Shown here piece by piece: positions 55,902-64,000 of a DNA stretch of 64,000 nucleotides. This DNA comes from an uncultured Acidobacteriota bacterium (lineage in GTDB: Bacteria; Acidobacteriota; Thermoanaerobaculia; Multivoradales; UBA5704). The translations under genes and the position numbers were made by a program. The stretch is from the NCBI GenBank assembly GCA_963770895.1, contig CAVYRF010000001.1, positions 1-64,000 on the forward strand. Reading direction: 5' to 3'. The notes beneath the pieces are model-generated. The model worked only from the letters and a program-made list of their open reading frames with translations, made no database searches and was not told where the DNA came from. Position 1 is the first letter of the stretch. Each line of letters starts with the position of its first letter.

Positions 55902-56335
55902 TCGACACCTCGCTTCCTGGCGCCGGCCGCGAACCGCGCCGGCGTCACCCTACGTCAGGAGCAAGATGTGTGCCCGCGATGCAATGTCAAGCACTTACGC
56001 AGGGTTCATCGGTGCTCAGGCAGAGGTGGTGGAGCGCTCCAGGAAGCCATCGCCGATCCGGCTGGCGAGAGCGAGCCCGGCGCTACGGATTCTGGTGGGG
56101 CGGGCCGGTTCAGAGTTTGGCGGCCAGGGCTCGAAATGCGGTATCCACGTTAGCGTCGCTCCGGCAGGCGGAGGCGGATCTTGCCCGCGATCCGGCGCGG
56201 CGGCTGCGCGTATTGCATAACCAGGCGTTGCCTGCGCGCCGGCGCCGGGGCGGCCCACCGGCATGTCGCGCTGAGGTACGGATTGAGCGGCTGCAGCGCA
56301 GCCGCTCACGGCCTCGGTGAACGAGGGCCGCTGAA

Positions 56336-56890
56336 TCAATGCGGCGGCGGCGGAACTGCGCCGTTGCGCGGCGGCGGCGGCAGGGCGCCGGGGACCGGGT
56401 GGGATTCGCTGAGCTCTTCGAAAATCTTCCAACTTCCCGACGCGTCCGGTCCCACCAGCAGCTCGACCGGGCTGACCGCCTTTTGCAGCGCGGCATAGCG
56501 CGTGGCTTTGATGCGCACCTTTTCGCCTTCGCGCAGATAGGTCACCGCGCTGTAATAGTTGAGGTCCGTCTTGGTCTGTTTTGCCTGCGCCAGGGCGCGC
56601 TGCAACAAAGTTTTATATTGCGCCCCCGAAAAGGTGCGGACGATCGGCGGCCGGCCGGCGACCAGCAGGCGGCTTTCGATATGCGCCGAGTTGGAATACA
56701 GATTGATCAGTGCGGGATCGAAAGCGTGCTCGAGGTCGACGTAGCGATTGAACAGCGCTTCGGCATTTTTCCTGGCGCTGCCGGTCGCTTCGGGCAGTGC
56801 GCCGCCGGTGGCCGCCCCCGCCGGCAGGGCCGCCAACACCAAGCCGGCCGCCATGGCGCACCAAGCGAGCCGAACTAGAGATCGTGGCAT
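56336..56890 (-). CDS. Secreted hypothetical protein (possible NTF2-like fold)
   Basis: Signal peptide; GGAGAG RBS; ends GSWKIFEELSE. Confidence 0.75.
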   Translation of the reverse strand: MPRSLVRLAWCAMAAGLVLAALPAGAATGGALPEATGSARKNAEALFNRYVDLEHAFDPALINLYSNSAHIESRLLVAGRPPIVRTFSGAQYKTLLQRALAQAKQTKTDLNYYSAVTYLREGEKVRIKATRYAALQKAVSPVELLVGPDASGSWKIFEELSESHPVPGALPPPPRNGAVPPPPH

Positions 56891-57098
56891 GTGTGCTCTC
56901 TCCTTCCCCGTGTGCAGCCCGCGTCAGCGATCCAGGCTGGAAGCCCCATATCCTAGCCTCTGGCGGCGTCCGACGGAAGCCTGGCCCTTCGGCGTGTCTT
57001 CCTTGCTGCCCGCCCCGGCCGGTGCGGAGCGTCGCCAGGCTGCACGGCCGCCAAGCCGGGCGAGCTTGCCTGATTAATGAGTCTGCGACGTAGACCTA

Positions 57099-57128
57099 TT
57101 GACGCAGCAGATTAGTCTTGCGTATACT
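57099..57128 (+). promoter_or_regulatory. Sigma70-type promoter
   Basis: TTGACG-N18-TATACT about 70 bp upstream of the ATG at 57198. Confidence 0.65.
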
Positions 57129-57197
57129 TTCCGAATCGCTGCCGCCCCGCCCGCTCGGGAGGCGGCGCCGTGGGCGACCGCTGCCGTGGGAGAGACG

Positions 57198-57860
57198 ATG
57201 AAGCCGCTCGATCCGCAACATATCCGCTTCGTGACGCGCCGCTTTGGCGACCTGCAGGGGCTCAAGCATGCCCCGCTCATGCTGTACAGCCTGCCCTGGT
57301 GTCTGCTGGGCGTGCGCGGGCCTTGGAACGTCGCAGGACTATTGCTGTCCGTGGTGTCGATCGTGCTCCAGCCCTTCCTTGTCGCACGTGCCAAAGCGTA
57401 CTACAAGGCGAGGATAGGGCAGGTCATCGCCACGCCCATGCTGCCCACCTACCAGCTGTCGGTGTTCAGCCCCGGCGGCGCCATCTCCGGCATCCAGCAG
57501 GACCTACGGTTCCGCTGGATCTTCCTGGGGGGGTATATCTCGGTGATCGCTCTCAGCATCTGGATGGCGCGTTCCCATGCGGTGAAGACGTTGGCTGCGG
57601 TGGCCTATCTGTTCGACGGCACGGCGCTGATCGCCATATGGTTGACCAGGCGGGAGCACCGGCTTTCGCAGCTGCACTATGCGATCGTCGGAACGCTGAG
57701 CGTGGCTTTGGCCTGGTGCGCCAACGTTGGGGCCTGGCCCAACTCGCTGGGCCAGGTTCACAACGCCATCAGTATCATCGGCTGCTTCGGCCTGGTCTGC
57801 TGCCTCCTCGACCACCGCGAGCTGATGAACACCTTCGGCTGGCCGTCGCCTGAGCCGTAG
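57198..57860 (+). CDS. Integral membrane hypothetical protein
   Basis: About 6 hydrophobic segments; GGAGAG RBS; looks less GC-rich than flanking genes. Confidence 0.75.
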   Translation: MKPLDPQHIRFVTRRFGDLQGLKHAPLMLYSLPWCLLGVRGPWNVAGLLLSVVSIVLQPFLVARAKAYYKARIGQVIATPMLPTYQLSVFSPGGAISGIQQDLRFRWIFLGGYISVIALSIWMARSHAVKTLAAVAYLFDGTALIAIWLTRREHRLSQLHYAIVGTLSVALAWCANVGAWPNSLGQVHNAISIIGCFGLVCCLLDHRELMNTFGWPSPEP

Positions 57861-57889
57861 CGCGTCCCCACGTCCGGCGGCGCGGCGGG

Positions 57890-59947
57890 TCAGGGCGGGC
57901 CGAAGGTGCCGTTGGCCTTGGCTTCGTCGATCTCCTGAGCCAGGAAGCTGCGATCGTAGGACAGGGTGACGTCGGTGACGTGGCCCGCGGAATCCTTTTG
58001 CAGGTGCAGGGCGGGAAAGACGCCGGCCCAGCTGGTGGGGCGTTGCAGGCGCTTGTAGCGGGCGATCACGTCGTCGCGGACGGCGGGATCGAAATGGATG
58101 CCGTACTTGTCCACCAGCGCCTTGATGGCGGCATAGTCGCCGGTGGCCTTGATGCGCATGATCTCGGCCAGGAGCTTGCCGACGGCGGCGTGGGCGCGGT
58201 CGTAGTCCTTGACTTCGATGTACCAGTGGCCGTCGCGCTGGATACGCGCCAGGGCGCCGGCGTCGATCAGGTAGTTGGCGATCAGCAGGCGGTCGCGGTC
58301 GTGGTCCTCTTCGGCGCTGTCGCCGGTCGGATAGTGGCTGAGCGCGGTGATGCCGGCGCGCGCCATGTTGCGGTACATCTCGTGCGCCACTTCGGTGGTG
58401 TCCCGGATGCCCAGCTCAGCCAGCTTGGGATCGGTGACGTTCCAATAGGCCACCAGGTCGGCGCGCGCTTCCTCCAGCGTCGAGTAGTACTCACGCAGGT
58501 AGGTTGAAGGATCCTTGGGCACCACGACCTTGCCCGAGCCGTGGCCGATGACCTCGTGCATGGCGGTCAGCAGGTCGCTGGCAGTCTTGCCGTAGCGATC
58601 GAACAGCTGGGCTTCGTCCCGGTTGGGGCAGAACTCGATAGCCAGATAGCGGTTGGTCACCTCATTGAAAGCGTTCATCGACGAGGTGAGCAGTACGCTC
58701 TTGGTGCCGTACTGCTCGCGGAAGTCCTGCTCGTTCGGCAGGTTGTCGCCGATGGTGCCGACCGAAAAGTCGCCGGTTGCGATCACGGTTTCGATCGCCC
58801 TGCCGACCGGCGGCTTGACGTCGAGCTTTTTGAAGCGGTCTTCCCAGGGAGCCCGGCGCTCGAAGTAGGGGGCGTTGGCCGCCAGCTCGTGCATCAACGG
58901 ATCCAGCCGCTGGTCGGTGATCGCCACCAGCATCTGTGCCGAGCCCTTGACGCCCCGCGCGTCGTGGTACACCTCGATGAAACCCGAGGCCAGGTCGACG
59001 GGAGGGTTGGTGCGCACCCAGAGAACGTTGAAATCGCGCCAGTCGTTGAGATCTCCCGTCTGGTAGAAGCGGACCAGTGCGCGCAGAGTCTGCGCCTGGG
59101 CGGTCTCGGCATGGGTCGCCGCCTCTTCCAGCTCGCGGTTGACCGCCGCCAGCTGGCGCGCGTACATGCCGGGCGGCACCTTGCCGTCCGGCGTACCGGC
59201 GCGCCAGACCTCTTCGACCAGGCGGCCGTCGCGCTTGACCAGGCGGGAGTCCAGGCCGTAGCGCTCGGTGAAGCCCGCCAGGTCGGCCATGCTGACGCCC
59301 TGGTAGTAGTTGTTGCCGGACGCGGTCAGGATGTCGGCGGGCGGCGTCGGGTGCTTGGCGGTGACCGACGGCTGGTAGGCGGGGTCGAACAGCGGCTCCC
59401 GCAGCTCGCGCAGGGTGGCCGCCAGCGTGTCCGCGGCGCCCAGCGGAGCGCCCGCCGTCCGCGCCTGGGCGGCCGCCGCCGCCAGCTGGTCGTACGAGAA
59501 CGCCGGCTGGATCTTGTTGCCGGTCAGGTTGTCGTGGTTGCCCTTGTTGGCCAAGAACACCTTGGCATAGGCGACGATCGCGTCGCGTGAATCCGCCGGC
59601 AGGCGCCGCGGGTCTTCGACGAGCGCCGTCAGCAGCTGCTTGGCGGCCAACCCGTAGGTCGACATCTGGTCGTAAAAGATCGGGTCGAGCTGGATCGCCG
59701 CCTGCGCCAGGTGGTAGGCGACCAGCTTTTGCGCCAGCGGCAGGGCCGCAAAGCTGGGCGCCCGCACGACGATAAATCCGGTGCTGCCGACCTGGTCCAC
59801 CAGGGGCGAGGCGTGCCGCTCGGTGTTTGGGGCGCCGGGCGCGTTGGCAGCGCCGGGCCCGCCGGCGGGCGCCGGCTGGGCGCCGGACAGGCCGGGAAGC
59901 AGGGCGGTCAGACAGCACAAAGCGACAAGCCGCAAGGTTGATCTCAT
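57890..59947 (-). CDS. Dipeptidyl-peptidase III family (M49) metallopeptidase, secreted
   Basis: GFIEVY.D, IGDNLPN, HEVIGHGSG hexapeptide zinc motif, LEEARAD; signal peptide. Confidence 0.9.
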   Translation of the reverse strand: MRSTLRLVALCCLTALLPGLSGAQPAPAGGPGAANAPGAPNTERHASPLVDQVGSTGFIVVRAPSFAALPLAQKLVAYHLAQAAIQLDPIFYDQMSTYGLAAKQLLTALVEDPRRLPADSRDAIVAYAKVFLANKGNHDNLTGNKIQPAFSYDQLAAAAAQARTAGAPLGAADTLAATLRELREPLFDPAYQPSVTAKHPTPPADILTASGNNYYQGVSMADLAGFTERYGLDSRLVKRDGRLVEEVWRAGTPDGKVPPGMYARQLAAVNRELEEAATHAETAQAQTLRALVRFYQTGDLNDWRDFNVLWVRTNPPVDLASGFIEVYHDARGVKGSAQMLVAITDQRLDPLMHELAANAPYFERRAPWEDRFKKLDVKPPVGRAIETVIATGDFSVGTIGDNLPNEQDFREQYGTKSVLLTSSMNAFNEVTNRYLAIEFCPNRDEAQLFDRYGKTASDLLTAMHEVIGHGSGKVVVPKDPSTYLREYYSTLEEARADLVAYWNVTDPKLAELGIRDTTEVAHEMYRNMARAGITALSHYPTGDSAEEDHDRDRLLIANYLIDAGALARIQRDGHWYIEVKDYDRAHAAVGKLLAEIMRIKATGDYAAIKALVDKYGIHFDPAVRDDVIARYKRLQRPTSWAGVFPALHLQKDSAGHVTDVTLSYDRSFLAQEIDEAKANGTFGPP

Positions 59948-60010
59948 CGTTCCAGGCTCCTTTGGACGCGCCACGCGCAGGGCGCATCTTACTGCGCAAA
60001 CGGCCGAATA

Positions 60011-61630
60011 CTAAGGAGCCGGGGCGTGGCGGGCGAGGATCGCGTCCAGGTCGAGCCCCGGCGGCAGCGTGCCGAAGGCGAGGCCGCGCTGGTCCAGGCG
60101 GCTGGCGCACCAGGCGTCGGCGACCGCGGCGGGGGCGTGGCGCACCAGCAGGGAGGCCTGCAGCGCCGTGGCCAGGCTTTCCACCAGCCGGCGGGCTGCC
60201 GGCTCCCAGGCGGCGTCGCGCCGCGCCAGGTCCTGGCGCAGGCGCCGCGTCCAGGCGTCCAGGCGGCGGTCGGCGCCGCGCGCCGCCTCGATCTCGCCGA
60301 GCAGGGCGTCCAGCGATTCGGGCGCGCGCTCGATCGCGCGCAGCACGTCCAGGCATTGGATGTTGCCGGAGCCTTCCCAGATGCCGTTGAGCGGCGCTTC
60401 GCGGTAGAGGCGCGCCAATCCCCACTCCTCGACGTAGCCGTTGCCGCCCAGGCATTCCAGCGCTTCCGCGGCGAGCGGCGCGGCGCGCTTCGCGATCCAG
60501 TACTTGAGCACCGCGGTGGCCAGCCGTCGCAGCGGCAGGTCGCCTTCGTCGTAGGCCCGCGCCAGGCGCATCACGGCGGCGGTCGCCGCTTCCGATTCGA
60601 TCGCCAGGTCGGCCAGGACGTTGGTCATCAGCGGCTGCTCGATCAGCAGACGGCCGAAGGCGCGGCGGTGGCGGGCGTGGTGGATGGCCAGCGCCGTCGC
60701 CTGGCGCATCAGGGCGGCCGAACCGAGGGCACAGTCCAGGCGGGTATGGTTCACCATCTGGAGGATGGTCTGCACGCCGCGGCCCGGGTCGCCCACCCGG
60801 CGCGCCCAGGCGGCGTCCAGCTCCACCTCGCTGGAGGCATTGGAGCGATTGCCCAGCTTGTCCTTCAGCCGTTGCAGATGGAACCGGTTGCGCGTGCCGC
60901 CGGGGGTGAAGCGCGGCAGCAGGAAGCAGGTCAGCCCCTCCGCCGCCTGCGCCAGGACCAGGAAGGCGTCGCACATCGGTGCCGAGCAGAACCACTTGTG
61001 CCCGGTGATCTCGTACTCGCCGGCCGCCCCGGCGGAACGCGCCTGCGTGGTGTTGGCCCGCACGTCGGAGCCGCCCTGCTTTTCGGTCATCGCCATGCCA
61101 CAGAGGGCGCCCGCTTTATCGCTCGCCGGCACCAGGCGGGGATCGTAGGCGGTGGCGGTCAGGCGCGGCAGCCACTCCGCGGCCAGCTCCGGTTCGGCCT
61201 GGAGGGCGGCCACCGCGGAGTAGGTCATCGACAGCGGGCAGCCGACGCCGGCTTCGACCTGCGCCAGCAGCATGAACTTGGCGGCGCGCGCCACGTGCGC
61301 GCCGGGCCGTCCCTGGTGGGGCGCGCGCCAGGGCAGGCTGTGCAGCCCGTGCTCGATGCCGAGCCCCAGCAGGGCGTGCCACGCGGGATGAAAGTCCACT
61401 TCGTCGATGCGCCGGCCGGCGCGGTCGTGGGTGCGCAGGACGGGCGGCGCGGCATTGGCCGCAAAGCCCCAGGCGATCGTGTCGCGGCGGCCGGCGGTGG
61501 CGCCGAAGGCGCTCACTTCCGCGGCGGCCCAGCCCGCCCCTTCGCGCTCCAGCGCCTCGACCAGCGCCTGGTGGCCGGTGAAGAGGTTGACGTCTTCGAG
61601 CGGTGGCGACTGGTTGAAGACCTGGTGCAT
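60011..61630 (-). CDS. aidB: AidB-like acyl-CoA dehydrogenase
   Basis: HQVFNQSPPL, MAMTEKQGGSDV, GHKWFCSAP, RLKDKLGNRSNASSE, REAPLNGIWEGSGN. Confidence 0.85.
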   Translation of the reverse strand: MHQVFNQSPPLEDVNLFTGHQALVEALEREGAGWAAAEVSAFGATAGRRDTIAWGFAANAAPPVLRTHDRAGRRIDEVDFHPAWHALLGLGIEHGLHSLPWRAPHQGRPGAHVARAAKFMLLAQVEAGVGCPLSMTYSAVAALQAEPELAAEWLPRLTATAYDPRLVPASDKAGALCGMAMTEKQGGSDVRANTTQARSAGAAGEYEITGHKWFCSAPMCDAFLVLAQAAEGLTCFLLPRFTPGGTRNRFHLQRLKDKLGNRSNASSEVELDAAWARRVGDPGRGVQTILQMVNHTRLDCALGSAALMRQATALAIHHARHRRAFGRLLIEQPLMTNVLADLAIESEAATAAVMRLARAYDEGDLPLRRLATAVLKYWIAKRAAPLAAEALECLGGNGYVEEWGLARLYREAPLNGIWEGSGNIQCLDVLRAIERAPESLDALLGEIEAARGADRRLDAWTRRLRQDLARRDAAWEPAARRLVESLATALQASLLVRHAPAAVADAWCASRLDQRGLAFGTLPPGLDLDAILARHAPAP

Positions 61631-61712
61631 GGAGGCGGTCGGGCTGGCGGCGCCGGGATCCTGGGCTGCGTTGCTGGGGCTGGGCTGGAGCAGCGCCGGC
61701 TCCAGACCGGTT

Positions 61713-62876
61713 CTAGAGGAGCGCGGCGACCTGCTCGCCGACGAAATAGCCGATGACGGCGACGCCCATGCCGACCACGAACATGTCGAACCCGGAGCGG
61801 AACAGCCCGCGCCCGGTGAAGACCGAGCGCGCGGCCCCCACCAGAAAGTGCGACAGCATGGCGGCGGTGAGCGAGGTGACGATGGCGGTCCGTCCGTGCA
61901 CGAAAAAGAAGGGCAGCACCGGGATGATGGCGCCCACCGCGGTCGCCGCGCCGGTGGTCCACCCCTCGCGCAGCGGCGAGCTGGTCTGCTCGCCGATCTT
62001 CAGCTCTTCGCGCACCTGCTCTTCGAGCATGCGCCGGGGATCGGCCATGACCTCTGTCGCCAGGCGGTATGCCTCCTCCTTGGGCATGCCCTTGAGTTCG
62101 TAGATCAGCGCCAGCTCGTCGCGCTCGGTTTCGGGCATCAGCTCGACTTCGGCGCGCTCCATGGCGATCTCGTGCTGGTGCACCTCCTGCTCGCTCTTGG
62201 CCGCCAGGTACCCGCTCGCCCCCATCGACAGCGCGTCGGCGATCAGGCCGGCGACGCCGGCCACCACGACCGTGCGGACCTGCGCCGCCGCGGTGGCGCC
62301 CAGCACCCCGGCGACCAGCCCGAAGTTGGCGGTCAGCCCGTCGTTGAACCCGTACACCACGTTGCGCAGGAAGCCGCTCGATCCGGTGCGGTGCCAGGGC
62401 TCGCCGCCGCCGCCGCTGATCTCGCCCAAGGTGGTGGCATGCTCGGCGGATTCCTTGGCCAGCAGCAGCGCTTCCGGCCTGCCCTCGGCACCGGGAGCCA
62501 GGGTGCGGTGCATTTCAAGATACGCGCGCACCTCGCGCCCCTCTTCCGCCAGCAGCAGCGGCAAGAGCGCCCGCGGTCCCATCACCCGCCCCAGCAACGC
62601 CAGCAGCCGCGCCCGCGCGCCGGGGCGGAACCGCGGCACGGGTCTGCCGTTGTGCACCAGCAGCTCGCCCCAGATCTTGGTGTGGCGTTCTTCGACATGC
62701 GCCAGCCGATCGTACAGATCCCGCTTGCGCGGATCGCTTTCCGCCGCCGCCAGCAGGCGATACAGGAACGCCGCCTCCGCCTCGTCCTGCCAATGGTGGG
62801 CGAACTGATCGAGGTCGACGCCTCGCGTTGGTGACGAAGCCGGCGCGGCTGGCGCCTCTGGAGGAGCAACGGTCAT
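61713..62876 (-). CDS. VIT1/CCC1 family transporter with an N-terminal rubrerythrin/ferritin-like domain
   Basis: N-terminal DE...EERH...E...ESAEH; LRNVVYGFNDGL, ALSMGASGYL. Confidence 0.9.
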   Translation of the reverse strand: MTVAPPEAPAAPASSPTRGVDLDQFAHHWQDEAEAAFLYRLLAAAESDPRKRDLYDRLAHVEERHTKIWGELLVHNGRPVPRFRPGARARLLALLGRVMGPRALLPLLLAEEGREVRAYLEMHRTLAPGAEGRPEALLLAKESAEHATTLGEISGGGGEPWHRTGSSGFLRNVVYGFNDGLTANFGLVAGVLGATAAAQVRTVVVAGVAGLIADALSMGASGYLAAKSEQEVHQHEIAMERAEVELMPETERDELALIYELKGMPKEEAYRLATEVMADPRRMLEEQVREELKIGEQTSSPLREGWTTGAATAVGAIIPVLPFFFVHGRTAIVTSLTAAMLSHFLVGAARSVFTGRGLFRSGFDMFVVGMGVAVIGYFVGEQVAALL

Positions 62877-63002
62877 GGCTGAACGCCGCCAGAATAGCCG
62901 CCGCCCAGGCGGCCGTCAAACCCTCACCTTCAGCCCAGATGGGAGCGGCCGCGAGGACGGTGCCGGGTTCGCGTGCGGCGGACGCTGGCGGCACAAAACG
63001 TC

Positions 63003-64000
63003 TCAGCGGGTGAAGTCGCTCAACAGGGCGGCGGGCGAGCGACGGGCCTCCCGGCGCGAGGCGGACACCACGAACGCGAGGGCCGTGGCCAACACGCCGG
63101 CGGCGGCGACGGCATAGCTTGCCATCTGCCAGGGGGCCACGCCGAAGAGGATTCCCTGCAGGACATGGCTGAGCCAGAAGCCGAGCAGCGCGCCGGCGGC
63201 GGCGCCGGCCGCCAGGCTCAGCAGACTGCGCCTGACGCTGAGGAGGATCAGGTCGGCGGGGAGCGCGCCCACGGCGCTGCGCACGCCGAGCTCGAGCCGT
63301 GACAGCCGCACCCTGTACGCGGTGACGCCCTGGACACCGACCGCCAGCAGGATCCATCCGACCACCGACAGGACCACCAGGATCCACATGGCGGACCGTG
63401 AGGGTGTCCTGGCATTCCGCAACAGCTGGTCGAGGGTGGTGGCATCGTAGAGAGGTTGGCGCCGGTTCACTCGCGACACCGCGAGCTGCAGCGCGGCCAG
63501 GGCTGCCGCGGGTTGGGTGCCGGGCTTCAGGCGCAGGGCGATGGCGATGTTGCGCAGCGGGAACTGGCGGAACGGCAGGTAGAGGAACGGCGGCGGGTCG
63601 CCCTCCGCGGTCAGCGTCTGGCGCACGGCCGCCGCGACGCCTACGACCCGGTACCGGCGCTGTTTTCCCAGGTCGAGAACCGCTGCCAGCGGATGGCTTC
63701 CGGGGCCGAGGAGGTGCGCGAGGCGGGCGTCGATCACCGCCACCTTTTCGCTGCGCTCGTCGTCCGCTTCGCTCAGCCCGCGCCCGCCGGTGATGGCGAT
63801 CCCCAGCGCGCGGAAATAATCGGCGCTCACCACTCGCACCTCGCACTGGGCCGTGATCGGTGAGCGCGAGACGCTCCGGACCTGCACGGGGAGGCGAAAC
63901 GTGCCCGCGCTCAGCGGCGGCGTCGACACCGTGCCCGCGGCAGCGACGGCCGGCAGCCGGCGGATCTGCCCCAGCAGCTCCTGCTGGTAGGCGAGCAGAT
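63003..64000 (-). CDS. ADOP/MacB-type ABC permease, 5' end truncated by the window edge
   Basis: YQQELLGQIRRLPAV, VSADYFRALGI...GR, GVQGVTAY...ELGVRSAVGA; frame open to the window end. Confidence 0.85.
   Translation of the reverse strand, partial: LLAYQQELLGQIRRLPAVAAAGTVSTPPLSAGTFRLPVQVRSVSRSPITAQCEVRVVSADYFRALGIAITGGRGLSEADDERSEKVAVIDARLAHLLGPGSHPLAAVLDLGKQRRYRVVGVAAAVRQTLTAEGDPPPFLYLPFRQFPLRNIAIALRLKPGTQPAAALAALQLAVSRVNRRQPLYDATTLDQLLRNARTPSRSAMWILVVLSVVGWILLAVGVQGVTAYRVRLSRLELGVRSAVGALPADLILLSVRRSLLSLAAGAAAGALLGFWLSHVLQGILFGVAPWQMASYAVAAAGVLATALAFVVSASRREARRSPAALLSDFTR

Noticed and set aside
1-64000. tRNA, rRNA, IS element, integrase or prophage
   Set aside because: No cloverleaf, rRNA signature, transposase, recombinase or phage structural motif seen

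Overview
GC-rich bacterial chromosomal window of about 45 genes with no rRNA, tRNA, CRISPR array or transposase that I could see. An acidobacterial-type VWA protein, an ADOP-type permease and hopanoid genes point to Acidobacteriota, possibly Thermoanaerobaculia (inference). Main content: a three-gene pilin/pseudopilin cassette; a Tat-exported flavin amine oxidase; an ATL-AlkD DNA-repair fusion; a split hopanoid pathway (shc-hpnH-hpnA-hpnG-squalene synthase, and hpnI-hpnK-EamA); a beta-propeller sensor kinase with a LuxR-type regulator, followed by two tandem secreted paralogs; a MacAB-like ABC exporter; a VWA protein with two uncharacterised secreted partners; a large subtilase; an amidase; a PD40/Omp85 protein with a degenerate peptidase site; and DPP III, AidB and VIT1 genes. 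The most striking item is a 62-aa Cys/Ser/Thr-rich peptide gene (28034-28222, minus strand), hidden inside a longer ORF in the supplied track. It has a lanthipeptide-type LxLx(K/R)x5L leader, its own promoter and RBS, and lies divergently from the exporter with no maturase in the window. All calls come from reading motifs by eye; no database searches were run.
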